Assembly: GCF_009914755.1 (NCBI RefSeq)
Contig: NC_060938.1
Reading direction: 5' to 3' (one strand)
DNA: 64,000 bases
From: the human T2T-CHM13v2.0 reference genome, Homo sapiens
Below the pieces are notes generated by a model, which saw only the letters and a list, made by a program, of their open reading frames with translations, made no database searches and was not told the origin of the DNA. Position 1 is the first letter of the stretch. Each line of letters begins with the position of its first letter. This document shows, piece by piece, positions 33,301 through 48,348 of the stretch. The translations under genes were made by a program, and so were the position numbers.

Positions 33301-36300
33301 ATTCCATTCGAATCCATTCCATTCCATTCCATTCCATTCCATTCCATTCCTTTCCGTTTGAGCGCACTCTATTCCTTTCGATTCCATTCCATTCCATTGA
33401 ATTTGAATCCATTCAATTCCGTGTGATTCCATTTGATTCCATTCCATTCCATTCCATTAGAGTCCCTTCCATTCAAAGCAATTCCATTCCATTCCATTCC
33501 ATTCCATTCATCTCCATTCCATACCATTACATTCCGCTTGAGCTCATTCCATTCCATTCCATTCGAGTCCATTCCATTGCATTCCATTCCATTCGAGTCC
33601 ATTGTAGTCCATTCCATTCGAGTCCCTTCCATTGCATTCCATTCCATTCCATTCGAGTCCATTCCGTTCCATTCTATTTCATTTCATTCCATTCCATTCC
33701 ATTCCAATGCATTCTATTCTATTCCATTTGGATCCATTCCATTGCATGCTATTCCATTGCATTCCAAGCATTTGAGTCCTTTCCATTCCATGCTGTTCCT
33801 TTTGAGTCCATTCCATTCCATTCCAATCAAGACGATTCAATTCGAGTCCATTCCATTAAAATCCATTCGAATCCATTCCATTCCATTCCATAACATTCGA
33901 GTCCATTCAATTCCATTCCATTCGAGTCCATTCCTTTCCATTACATTACACTAATTTCCAATCCATTCAATTCCATTCGAGTCCATTCCATTCCATTCCA
34001 TTCGAGTCCATTCCATTGCTTTTCATTCCAATGCCTTCAAATCCATTCCATTCCATTCCATTCCATTCCATTCCATTCTAGTCCATTCAAATCCTTTAAA
34101 TTTGAATCCATTACATTGCATAGCATTCCACTCTAGTCCAGTCCACTTCATTCCATCCGAGTCCACACCATTTCATTCCGTTAGAGTCCATTCCATTTAA
34201 TTCCGTTGTATTCCATTCGAGTCCATTCCATTCAATTCCTTTCCATTCTATTCGAGTCCATTCCATTCCATTCCATTCCATTCCATTCCATTCGAGTCCA
34301 TTCCATTCCATTCCATTCCATTCCATTCAGGTCCATTCTATTCCATTCCATTCGAGTCCATTCCAATCCATTTCTTTCAAGCCATTCCATTCCACACCAT
34401 TCCATTTGAGTCCATTACATTCTATTCCACTCGAGTCCATTCCACTCAATTCCATTTGAGTCCGTTCCATTGCATTCCATTCCATTAGAGTCTATTCCAT
34501 TCCATTCAATTTGTGTCCGTTCCATTCCATTCCATTCCATTTTTTTATTCCATTCAATTCCATTCCATTCCTTTCCAGTCCAGGTCATTGCATTCCATTC
34601 GAGTCCTTTCCACTCCATTCCAATCCATTCCATTCCTTTCGAGTCCATTCCATTCCATTCGACTCCATTCCATTCCATTGCATTCCATTCTTTCGAGTAC
34701 ATTCCATTACATTCCTTTTGAGTCCATTCCATTAGATTCCATTACTTTAGATTCCATTCCAATAAATTCCATCCTGTTCCTTTTGGAGTCCATTCCATTC
34801 CATTCAAATCCATTGCATTCCATTCCTTTCGAGTCCATTCCATTGCATTCCTTTCTAGTCCATTCCATTAGATTCCATTACTTTAGATTCCATTCCAATA
34901 AATTCCGTCCTATTCCTTTTGGAGTCCATTCCATTCCATTCAAATCCATTGCATTCCATTCCCTTCGAGTCCATGCAATTCCATTTCATTCTATTCCATT
35001 TAGGTCCATTTCATTGCATTTCATTACATTCCATTCCAGTCCAATCCATTCCATTCCATTCCATTCCATTCCATTGCATTCAATTCCTTTCCATTCCATT
35101 CGGGTCCATTCCATTCCATTCAAGTCCATTTGAGTCCATTCCATTCCATTTCATTCGATTCCATTTGATTCCAAACCATTTCATTCGAGTCCATTCCATT
35201 CTATTCCATTCGAATCCATTCCATTCCATTCGAGTCCATTCCATTCCATTCCGTTCGAATCCATTCCATTCCTTTCCATTCCATTCGAGTATATTCCACT
35301 CCATTCAATTCCATTCCATTCCATATCATTCCATTCTATTCTGGTCCATTCCTTTCAATTCCATTAGAGTCAATTCCATTGCATTCCATTCGAGTTCATT
35401 CCTTCACATTCCATTCCATTCGAGTGTATTCCAATCCATTCCATTTGAGTGTATTCCATTGCATTCCATTCCATTCTTTTAGAGTCCATTCAATTCTGTT
35501 CCATTCCTTTCGAGTCCATTCCATTCCATTCCATTCCATTCCATTCCATTCCATCTGGGTCCATTCCATTCTATTGGCGTCCATTCCATTGGCGTCCATT
35601 CCATGACATTCGTGTCCATTCCAATCCATTCCATTCCACTCGGTTCCACTCCATTCCATTCTATTCGAGTCCATTCCATTCCATTCCATTCCATTCGAGT
35701 CCATTCCATTACATTCTATTCCATTTGCGTCTATTCCATTCCATTCCATTCGAGTCCATTCCTTTCAATTCGAGTCCATTCCATTCCATTCCATTCGAGT
35801 ACGTTCCATTCAAGTCCAATCCATTCCATTCCTTTCGATTCCATTCAATACAATTGCATTCCATTCGAGTCCATTCCATTGCATTCCATTCAATTCAAAT
35901 CCTCTCCATTCCATTTGGGTCCATTCCATCCCATTCCATTCCATTCGAGTCCATTTCATTCCATTCCATTCCATACCATTCGAATCCATTCCATTCCGTT
36001 ACTTTCCATTCCATTCGAGTCCATTCCATTCCAGTCCATACCAGTCGAGTCCATCCCATTCTATTCCATTTGAGTCCATTGCATTCCATTCCATTCGAGT
36101 CCATCCATTCCATTCCATTCGAGTCCATCCATTCCATTCCATTCGAGTCCATCCCATTCCATTCTGTTCCGTTTGAGTCGACTGCATTCTATTCCATTCG
36201 AGTCCTTTCCATTCCAACCCATTCGAGTCCATTTCATTCCAATCCCTTCCATTCGATTCCATTCCATTCTATTCCATTCGAGTCCATGCCATTCGATTCC

Positions 36301-39300
36301 GTTCGAGTCCATTCCTTTACATTCCATTCGATTCCCGTCCATTCCGTTCCATTTCATTCCATTCGAGTCCGTTCCATTTCATTCATTGCATTCCTTTTCG
36401 GTCCATTCCATTCCATTCTAGTCCATTCCATTCCATTGAATTCCACTTGAGTAGTTTCCCTTCTATTTCAGTCAATTCTATTCCACTCCACTCCATTCGA
36501 GTCCATTCCATTTCTTTCCATTCGAGCACAATCCATTCCATTCCATTGCAATCCATTCCATTCCTTTTGAGTCCATTCCATTCCATTCCATTCCATTCCA
36601 TTCCTTTCGAGTCCTGTCAATTCCATTCCATTCAACTCGAGTCCATTCCATTCCATTCCATTCCACTCGAGTCCAGTCCATTCCATTCCATTCCTTTCGA
36701 GTCCTGTCAATTCCATTCCATTCCATTCGGTCCATTCCATTCCACTCGAGTCTGTTCCATTCCATTCCATTCCATTCCATTCCATTCCATTCCGTTCCAT
36801 TCCATTCCGTTTCATTCCATTTCATTCCATTCCATTCGAGTCCATTCCATACCATGACATTCCGTTGTATTCTAGTCCATTCAATTCCATTCCATTCCAA
36901 TGCATTCCATTCGAGTCCATTCCATTCCATTCCTTTTGGGTCCATTCTTTTCTATTCCATTCGAGTCAATTCCTTTCCATTCCATTAGAGTCCATTCCAT
37001 TCTATTCCATTCCACTCGAGTCAATTTAATTCCGTTATATTCCATTCGAGTCCATTACATTCCTTTCCATTCTAGTCCATTCCTTTCCATTCCATTCCAT
37101 TCCACTAGTGTCGTTTCCATACCATTCCATTCCATTCGATTTCTTTCCCTTCCTTTCGAGTACATTCCATTGCATTCCATTTGAGTTCATTCCATTCCAT
37201 TTCATTCGATTCCATTCCACTCCATTCCATACAATTCGAGTCTGTTCCATTCCATTCCATTCCATTCGGGTCCATACATTTCAATACCATTTGAGTCAAT
37301 TCCATTCCATTCCATTGGAGTCCAAGCCATTGCATTCCAATCCATTCGATTCCATTCTGTTCCATTCCATTGCATTCCATTCCATTCTTTTCGAGTCCAT
37401 TCAGTTCCATTCCATTACTTTCGAGTCCATTCAGTTCCATTCCATTACTTTCGAGTTCATTATATTCCTTTCCATTCGATTCCATTCCATTTCATTCCAT
37501 TCCATTCTTTTCGAGTCCATTCAATTCCATTCCATTACAATCGAGTCCATTCCATTCCAGTCCATTAGAGTCCATTCCATTAAATTACACTGAATTCCGT
37601 TCAATTATTTTCCATTCCATTCGTGTCCCTTCCATTGCATTCAAGTCCATTCCATTCCCTTCCTTTTGAATCCATTCCTTTCCATAACATTCTATTCCAT
37701 TAAAGTCCATTCCATTCCATACCATTCAATTCCATTCCAATCCATTGAATTCCACTCCATTCCATTCGTGTCCATTCCATTCCATTCCTTTTGTGGACAT
37801 TCCATTCCATTCCAATCCATTGAATTCCACTCCATTCCATTCGTGTCCATTCCATTCCATTCCTTTTGTGGACATTCCATTCCATTCCAATCATTTCCAA
37901 TCCATTCCATTCCAGTTCTTTCCATTCTTTTCCATTCGACTCCATTCCATTCCATTCCATTCCATTCCATTCCATTCCATTCCATTGCATTCCATTTCAT
38001 TCCTTTTGTGTCCATTCCATTCCATTTCATTCCATGCGAGTACATTCCATTCCATTCAATTCGAGACCATTCCATTCCAATCGACTCGTTTCCATATCAT
38101 TCCATACCACTTGAGTCCATTCCATTCCATTCGAGTCCAATCCATTCAATTACATTCGTATCCATTGCATTCCATTCCAGTACATTGCATTCCATTTATT
38201 TCATGTACATTCGATTCCTTTCCATTCCATTCGAGTCCATTGCATTCTATTTCATTCAAGTGCATTAAATTCCTTTTCATTAGAATAAATTCCATTAGAG
38301 TCCATTGCATTAAATTCCATTCCATTGCTTTCGAGGCCATACCATTCAATTGGCGTCCATTGAATTCCATTCCATTCGAGTCCATTCCATTCCATTCCAT
38401 TCCATTCCATTCCATTCCATTCCATTCCATTCCATTCCATTCCATTCCTGTTGGTTCCATTCCACTCCATTGCATTCCATTCCATTCCATTAGTGTACTT
38501 TCCATTCCATTCCATTGGGGTCCAATCCATTCCATTCCAGTCCACTCGAGTCATTTCCATTCCATTCCATTCCATTGGAGTCCATTGTATTCCTTTCGAA
38601 TCCATTCCATTCCATTCCATTCCATTCGAGTCCATTCCATTCCATTCCATTCGAGTCCATTCCATTCCATTCCTTTCATTTCAAGTCCCTTCGCTTCCTT
38701 TCCATTCCATTCAAGTCCATTCCATTCTATTCCATTTGGGTCCATTAAATTCCACTTCATTAGAGTCCATTCCCTTAAATTCCATTCAATTGCATTCGAG
38801 GACATTCCACACAATTCAAGTCCATTCCTTTCCATTGCCTTAGAGTCCATTCCATTCCAATCCGTAATATTCCATTCAAGTCCATTCCATTCCAATCCTT
38901 TCCATTCCATTCAATTCCATTCTATTAAATTGCATTCCCTTCCATTCCATTCAATACTGTTCCATTCCATTCCATTCCATTCTGGTCCGTTTAATTCCAT
39001 TTGAGTACTTTCCATTCCATTCGATTCAAGTCCATTCCATTGCATTCCATTCCATTCCTTTCATCTCCATTGAATTCCATTATATTCCATTCTAGTCCAT
39101 TCCATTCGATTCCTTTCTAGTCCATTCCATTCCATTCAATTCGTGTCCACACCATTATATTCCACTCCATTCGAATCCATTCCATTCTATTCCATTCCAG
39201 TCCATTCCATGCCATTCCATTAGAATCCATTCATTAAATGCCACTCCCTTCCTTTGGAGGCCATTCCATTCCATTTGAGTCCATTCTATTCCATTCCACT

Positions 39301-42300
39301 CCATTCGTGTCCATTCCATTCCATTTGAGTCCATTCCATTCGAGTCCTTTCCTTTCCATTCCATTCCATTCCATTCCTGTTGATTCCATTCCATTCCACT
39401 CCATTCCATTCCATTCCATTCCGTTCCTTTCCATTCCATTTGAGTCCATTCCATTCCATTTCCTTCAATTCTATTCCATTGGCGTCCATTCCATGACATT
39501 CGTGTCCATTCCAATCCATTCCATTCCACTCGGTTCCATTCCATTCCATTCTATTCGAGTCCATTCCATTCCATTCCATTCGAGTCCATTCCATTACATT
39601 CTATTCCATTTGAGTCTATTCCATTCCATTCCATTCGAGTCCATTCCTTTCAATTAGAATCCATTCCATTCCATTCCATTCGAGTACGTTCCATTCAAGT
39701 CTAATCCATTCCATTCCTTTCAATTCCATTCAATACAATTGCATTCCTTTCGAGTCCATTCCATTCCATTGCATTCCATTCAATTCAAATCTTCTCCATT
39801 CCATTTGGGTCCATTCCATCCCATTCCATTCCATTCGAGTCCATTCCATTCCTTTACTTTCCATTCCATTTGAGTCCATTCCATTCCAGTCCATACCAGT
39901 CAAGTCCATCCCATTCTATTCCATTCGAGTCCATTGCATTCCATTCGATTCGAGTCCATTCCATTCCATTCTGTTCCGTTTGAGTCGATTGCATTCCATT
40001 CCATTCGAGTCCTTTCCATTCCAACCCATTCGAGTCCATTTCGCTCCAATCCCTTCCATTCGATTCCATTCCATTCTATTCCATTCAATTCCATTCCATT
40101 CATTTCCATTCGAGTCCATTCCATTTCATTCCATTCTATTCCTATCGAGTCCATTCCATTCCATTCCACTGCATTCGAGTCCATTCCATTCCATTCGAGT
40201 CCATTCCATTCCATTCTATTCCATTTCAGTCCATTCCATTCCATTCGAGTCCATTCCATTCCATTCCATTCCATTCCATTGAATTCCATTCTATTCCGTT
40301 TGAGTCCGTCCCCTGCCATTCAATTCAATTCCAGTCAATTCCATTCCATTTGAGTCAATTCCAATGCATTCCTTTCCTTTCAGGACCATTCCTTTCCAAT
40401 CCATTCGAGTCCCTTCCTTTGAATAACATTGCTTCCTTTCGAGTTCATTCCAATCCATTCCATTCGAGTCCACTCCGTTATATTCCTTTCCATTCGAGTC
40501 CATTCCATTCTCTTACATTCGAGTCCATTCCATTCCAATCCTTTAGTGTTCATTCCATTAAATTCCACTGTATTCCATACGGGTCAAATCCATTCCATTC
40601 CATTCCATTCCATTCCATTCCATTCCATTCTGTTCCATTGAAGTTCATTCCATTCAATACCATTCCATTCCATTCCATTCCATTCCATTCCATTCCATTT
40701 GGGTCCATTTTATTCCATTCTCTTCGAGTCCATTCCATTCAATTCCATTCTGCTCGATTCCAGTCAATTCCATTCCATTGCATTTGAGTCCATACCATTC
40801 AATTCCATTCCATTTCATTCGGGTCCATTCCATTCCGTCCCATTTGAGTCCATTCCATTCCATTCCATTCCATTCCACTCAATTCGTTACAATTCTAATC
40901 CATTACATTCCATTCTAGTCCATTCCTTTCCATTCGTGTTAATTCCATTCCATAATATTCGAGTTCATCCCATTACATTCGAGTCCATCCCATTCCTTTC
41001 TATTCCCTTCCCTTCCATTCCATTGCTTTCAGGTCCTTTCCATTCCATAGAATTCCATTCGAGTCCATTCCAATCCATTCCATTGTGTTCCTTTCTAGTC
41101 CATTCCATTCTATTCCATTCCATTCGGGTACAATCCATCCCATTCCATTCGAGGACATTCCATTCCATTCCACTCAATTGGAGTCAATTCCATTCATTTC
41201 CATTCCACTTGAGTCGATTCCATTCCATTCATTTCTTTCAAGTCCATTCCATTCCATTTGAGTCCATTCCATTCCATTCCATTCCATTCGAGTCCATTCC
41301 ATTCATTCCATTCTATTCCATTCCAATCCATTCTATTTCATTTCAATCCAATCCATTCCATTCCATTCGAGGCCATTCCATTCCAACCATTTCGAGTCCA
41401 TTCCATTCCAAACCATTCGAGTCCATTCCACTACACTGCATTCCACTCGTTTCCATTCCATTCTATTTCACTGGAGTTCATTCCATTCCCACCCATTCCA
41501 TTCGGTTCATGTCCATTCCATTTCATTCCATTTCATTCGAGTGCACTCCATTCCATTCCATTCCTCTCGAGTCGATTACACTCCATTCCATACCATTCGA
41601 GTCCATTCTATTCCATTCAAATCCATTCCATTCCATTTGATAGCATTCCATTCCATTCCATTCCATTCCATTCCATTCCATTCCATTTCATACCATTCCT
41701 TTCAACTGCATTCCTTTCGAGTCCATTCCTTTCCATTCCATTCGAGTCTATTCCATTCCATTCTATTACATTCCCGTCCATTAAATTAATTCCATTCCAT
41801 TCATTTCGAGTCCATTTAATTCCATTCCATTACTTTCGATTCCATTCCATTCTATTCCATTCGAGTGCATTTCATTGCATTCCATTCCATTCATTTTGAG
41901 TCCATTCCATTCCATTCCATTACTTTCATTTCCATTCCAATCCATTCCATTCGTGTCCATTCCATTAAATTTCATTGTATTCCATTCCATTCCATTCATG
42001 TCCATTCTATTCGAGTCCATTCGATTCCATTCAGTACCATTCCTTTCGAGTCAATTCCATTCCATTCCAATCCTTTCTTTTCCATTCAAGTCCATTCCAT
42101 TCCGTTTCATTCCATTCCATTCCATTCCATTCCTTTCCATTCCATTCCATTCCAATCCTTTCCGCTCGGCTAAATTCCTTTCCATGCCATTCGAGTCCAT
42201 TCCATGGCATTTGAGTCCATTCCATTCGAGTCCATTCCATTCCACTCCATTCCATTTGATTCCATTCCATTCTATTCCATTCGATTGCTTTCCAATACAT

Positions 42301-45300
42301 TACATTCTAGTACATTCCTTTCCATTCCGTTTTAGTCCATTACAGTCCATTCCATTTCTTTCCATTCCATTCCATTGGGACCATTCCATACAATTCCATT
42401 CGAGTGTATTCCATTCCATTACATTCCAGTCCATGCCATTCTATTCCATTTGAGTCCTTTCCATTTCATTCCCTTCCATTTCTTTCAGGTCCATTTCTTT
42501 TCTTTCCAATCAATTCCATTCCATTCCATTCCATTCCATTCAAGTCCATTCCTTTACATTCCATTCCACTCAAGTCATTTTCATTCCATTCCATTCCATT
42601 CAAGTGCATTCCATTCCATTCCATTCCATTCAAGTGCATTCCATTCCATTCCATTCCATTCCATTCCATTGCATTCCATTCCTTTTGAGTCCCTTCGATG
42701 CCATTCCATTCCAGTCGAGTCCATTCCATTCCATTCGCATCCATTCCATTAAATTCGAGTCCATTCCATTCGAGTCCATTCCATTCCACTCCATTCCATT
42801 AGAGTCCATTCCATTACTTTTGAGTCCATTCAATGCAATTCCTTACCATTCATGTACATTACATTTAAATTCCATTCCATTCCATTCCATACCTTTCCTT
42901 TCCATTCCATTCCATTCGATTCCAATACATTCCATTCCATTCCATTCCATTCCATTCTATTCGAGTACTTTCCATTCCCTTCCATTCCAATGGAGTCCAT
43001 TCCATTCTATTCCATTTGAGTCCATTCTATTCTATTCCATTCGAGTCCATTCCATTCTATTCCACTCGAGTGCATTTCATTCCATTCCATTCCATTCGAG
43101 TTCATCCCATTCCATTGAATTCGAGTCCAATCCCTTCCAGTCCATTCAATTCCACTATGTACCATTTGATTCCATTCCATTCCATACTTGTCCATTCCAT
43201 TCCACTCTAGTACTTTTCATTCAATTGCGTTTTATTCCATTCGAGTCCATCCCATTCCATTCCATTCGAGTCTTTTCCACTCCATTTGAGTCCATTTCAT
43301 TGCATTCCATTCCAGTCCATTCCATTCCATACTCTTCCATTTGAGTACATTCCATTCCATTCCATTCGAGTTCATTCCATTCCAACCCATTTTTTTCGAC
43401 TCCATTCCATTTCATTCCTTTCGAATCCATTCCATTCCATTCCATTCCATTCGAGTCCATGCCACTCCACTCCATTCCATTCGAGACCATTCCATTCCAT
43501 TCCATTCCATTAATTTCCATTCTTGTCCATTCCATTCAATTCCATTCGAGTCAATTCTATTCCATTCCATTCGAGTCCATTCCATTGCATTCCATTCCAT
43601 TCTAGTCCATTCCATTGCATTCCATTCCATTTCAGTCCATTCCACTCTATTCCATTCGAGTCCTTTCCATTGCATTCCATTAGATTCCATTACATTAAAT
43701 ACTATTGTATTCCATTCGAGTCCATTCCATTCCATTCCATTTGTGTCCATTCCATTCCATTTGAGTCCGTTTCATGCTATTCCTTTTGAGTCCATTCCAT
43801 TCAAATCCATTCTATTCCATTCAAGTCCATTCCATTCCATTCCATTCCATTGGGACCATTCCCCTCCATTCCATTCCAGTCCAATCCATTACACTCCATT
43901 CCACTCCCCTCCCTTCTATTCCATTCGAATCCTTTCCATTCCATTCCCTTCCATTTCATTCAGGTCCATTACATTCCTTTCCATTCAAGTTCATTCCATT
44001 CCATTCTATTCGAGTCCATTCCATTTCATTCCATTCCACTCGAGTCATTTTCATTCCTTTCCTTCCCATTCGAGTCCATTCCATTCCATTCCATTCCATT
44101 CCCTTCCATTCCATTTGAGTCCATACGATTCCATTCCATTCCACTCGAGTCCATTCCATTCCATTCCATTCGAGTCCAATCCATTCGATACCATTCCATT
44201 CCCTTCCATTCCATTCGATTCCAATCGATTGTATTCCATTCAAGTCCATGCCATTCTTGTATATTCCATTCCATTACGTTCTATTCCATTTGAGTCCATT
44301 CCATTCCATTCTATTCCATTCCATTCCATTCCATTCCATTCCATTCTAATCTATTTCATTCGAGTCCATTCTATTTCATTCCATTCCAGTCCATTCCATT
44401 CCATTCTATTCCATTTGAGTCTATTCCATTCCATTCCATTCGAATACATTCCATACCAACGCGTTTCATTCGAGTCCATTCCAATCCCTTGTATTCGAGT
44501 CCATTGCATTCCATTCCCTTCCATTCCATTCCATTCCATTCCATTCCATTCGAGTAAATTCCATTCTTTCCATTCCATTCTAGACCATTACCTTCCATTT
44601 GAGTCCATTCCATGCCATTCCATTCCATTCCATTCCATTCCATTCCATTCCATTCCATTTGTTTCCATTCCATTCCATTTGAGTCCATCTTATTCGTCTA
44701 CATTCCATTCCATTCGAGTCCAATCAATTCTATTCCATTCCATTTGAGTCCATTCCAATACATTCCCATTCGAGTCCATTGCATTCCTCTCCATTCCATT
44801 CGAGTCCATTCCATTTTATTCCATTTGAGTCGTTGCTATTCCATTCCATTCGAGTGCATTCCATTCTGTTCCCTTAGAGTCTATTCCATTCCATTCCATT
44901 CCGTTCAAGTCTCTTCCATTCCATTCGAGTCCATTCCATTCCATTGCATTCGAGTCCAATCCATTCCATGTTATTCTTTTGAGTCCTTTCCATTGGAGAC
45001 CATTCCTTTCCAACCCATTCCATTCAGGTCCATTCCATTCCATTCCATTCGAATCCATTCCATTCCATTCCATTCCATTCCATTCCATTCCATTCCATTC
45101 CATTCCATTCGGGTCCAATCCATTCAATTACATTTGCATCAATTCCATTTAATTCCATTCAAGTCCATTCCGTTACAATCCACTCCATTCGAGTCCAGTC
45201 CATTTTATTGAATTCGAGTGCACTCCATTCCATTCCATTACAATGCATTCCATGAAACTTTGTTGTATTCCTTTTGAATCCATTTCATTCCATTCAATTC

Positions 45301-48300
45301 AATTCGAGCCCTTTCCATTCCATTCCATCCCATTCATGTGCATTCTATTCCATACCTTTTGAGTCCATTCTACTCCTTTCCATTTCATTCGAGTCCATTC
45401 CATTCCATTCCATTAAATTCGAGTACATTCCATTCCATTCCTTTCGAGTCCATTTCATTGCATTATATTACATTCCAATAGAGTCCATTCAATTCCATTC
45501 CATTTGAGTCCATTCAACTCCATTCCATTCGAGTCCATTCCATTCCACACCATTCCATTTGAGTCCATTACATTGTATGCCATTCGAGCCCATTCCATTC
45601 AATTCCATTAGAGTCACTTCCATTCCATTCCTTTCCAGTCTTTTCCATTGCATTCCATTGCATTCTATTCCCTTCGATTCCATTCCTTTCTGTTCCATTG
45701 GATTCCATTCAATTAGAGTCCTTTCCCTTAAGTTCCATTCCATTCCATTTGAGTCCATTCCATTCCATTCCTTTCGAGTCCATTCCATTCCATTCCATTC
45801 TATTCCATTCAAGTCCTTTCCATTCGACATTATTACATTCCATTCCTGTCCATTCCATTCCATTCGGGTACATTCCATTCCATTCCATTCGAGTCCATTC
45901 CATTCCATTCCACTCCACTCCATTACATTCTACTCCATTCGAATCCCTTCCATTCCATTCCTTTCCATTCCTTTCATGTCCATTCCATTCCATTCCATTC
46001 GAGCCCATTCTTTCCATTCCATTCCAGTCCATTTCTTTCAATTCCATTCCATTACATTACATTCGTGCCCATACTATTCCATTCCATTCCACTCACTTCT
46101 TTTCAATTCCATTCCACTACTTTCGAGTCCATTCCATTCCATCTGAGTCCATTCCATTCCATTATTTTCGATACCATACCATTAAATTCCGTTCCATTCC
46201 TTTCAAGTCCATTAGACTCCATTCCATTCCATTCGTGTGCATTCCATTCCATTCGAGTCCATTCCATCCCATTCCTTTTGAGTCCATTCCATTCCATTCC
46301 ATTCTATTCCATTCAAGTCCTTTCCATTCCACATTATTGCATTCCATTCCTGTCCATTCCATTCCATTCGGGTACATTCCATTCCATTCCATTCGAGTCC
46401 ATTCCATTCCATTCCACTCCACTCCATTACATTCTACTCCATTCGAATCCTTTCCATTCCATTCCTTTCCATTCCTTTCGGGTCCATTCCATTCCATACC
46501 ATTCGATACCATTTCTTTCCATTCAATTCCATTCAATTACATTCATGCCCATACTATTCCTTTCCATTCCTCTGACTTCTTTTCAATTCCATTCCATTAC
46601 TTTTGAGTCCATTCCATTCCATGATTTTCGACACCATACCATTAAATTCCTTTCCATTCCTTTCGAGTCCATTAGATTCCATTCCAGTTCATTCCATTGC
46701 ATTCTCTTCCATTCCATTCCATTTCATTCGAGTGCCTCCATTCCATTCTATTCCATTCGACTCCATTTCATTCCATTCATTCCATTCTATTCTAGTCCAT
46801 TCCATAACATTACGTTCCATTTGATTCAAGTCCAATCAATTCCATTCCATTTCGTTTGATTCCTTTCCACTGCATTCCATTTGAATCCATTCCATTGCAT
46901 TGCATTTGAGTCCTTTCTGTTTATTCCATTCGAGGCAATTCCATTCCAATCCATTCGGGTCCATTCCTTTCCATTCCATTGCACTCAAATCGATTAGATT
47001 CCATTCCAATCCATTCGGGTCCATTCCTTTACATTCCATTGCACTCGAATCGATTAGATTCCATTCCATTCCATTCTGGTCCATTCCATTCCAATCCATT
47101 CCATTCGAATCCATTCCATTCCAGTCCATTCCATTAGGGTGCATTCCATTCTATTCCCTTTGAGTCAATTCCATTCAATTCCATTCAAGTCCAATCCTTT
47201 GCATTCCATTTCATTCCTTTCGAGACCATTCAATTCCATTCCATTTCATTCAAATCCATTCCATTCCATTACTTTCGTGTCCATTCCTTTCCATTCCATT
47301 CGAGTCCATTCCATTCTATTCAGTTCGATTCCATTCCATTCCATTCCATTAGATTCCATTCCATTAGAGTCCGTTCAATTAAATTCCATTCGAGTCTATT
47401 CCATTCCATTCGAGTCCATTCCACTGCATTCTGTTCGTGTCCGTTCCATTCCATTCCATTCTCTTCCATTCAAGTCCATTGCATTCCATTCCATTCCATT
47501 CCATTCCATTCCATTCAAGTACATTCCATTCCGTTCCATTCCATTCAAGTACATTCCATTCCATTCCATTCCCATCCATTCCAATTGGGTCCGTTTCCTT
47601 CCATTTTATTCTAGTCCATTCCATTCTATTCTTGTACCTTACAATCCATTCCATTCGAGCCCATTCCATTCCACTCAATTCCTTTCGATTCCATTCAATT
47701 CTATTCCATTCGAGTCCATTTCATTCCATTCCCTTCGAGTCCGTTCTGTTCCATTCCTTTCTATTCCAGGCAAGTCCATTCCACTCCATTTCATTCCATT
47801 CCATTCCAGTACATTCCAATACATTCCATTCCATTTCATTCGGGTCCATTCATTTCCATTCCTTTCAAGTCCATTCCATTCCATTCCATTAGGATCCATT
47901 CCTTTCCATTCCATTCGAGTCCATTGCATTGCATTCGTGTCCGTTGCATTCGAGTCCATTCCATTCTACTCCATTCTTTTCGGGTCCATTCCATTCCAGC
48001 CCATTCCACTCGAGTCCATTCCATTCCTTTCCATATTTCACTCGAGTTGATTCCATTCCATTCCATTCGAGTACATTCCATTCCATTCCATTCCATTCCT
48101 TTTGAATCCATTCAATTCAATTGCATTCCATTCGAGTCCATTCAATTTCACTCCATTCCATTGCATTCCGTTTCATTCCATTCCATTGCATTCCATTTCA
48201 TGCCATTCCATTCCATTCCTTTCGAGTCCATTTCATTCCATTCCAATCCATTCCATTCAATTCGAGTCCATATCATTCCAGTACATTCCTTTCCATTCGA

Positions 48301-48348
48301 GTCCATTCAAATCGGCTACATTCCATTCCATTCAAGTCCATTCAATTC
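18381..48348 (+). repeat. Human satellite 3 (CATTC)n array, diverged, rich in CATTCGAGTC (HSat3A-like)
   Basis: Continuous pentamer CATTC with frequent variants (GAGTC, AATTC, TATTC, CATTG, CTTTC), all in one orientation. The CACTCGGGTTGATTC motif I associate with HSat3B is essentially absent. Confidence 0.96.
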
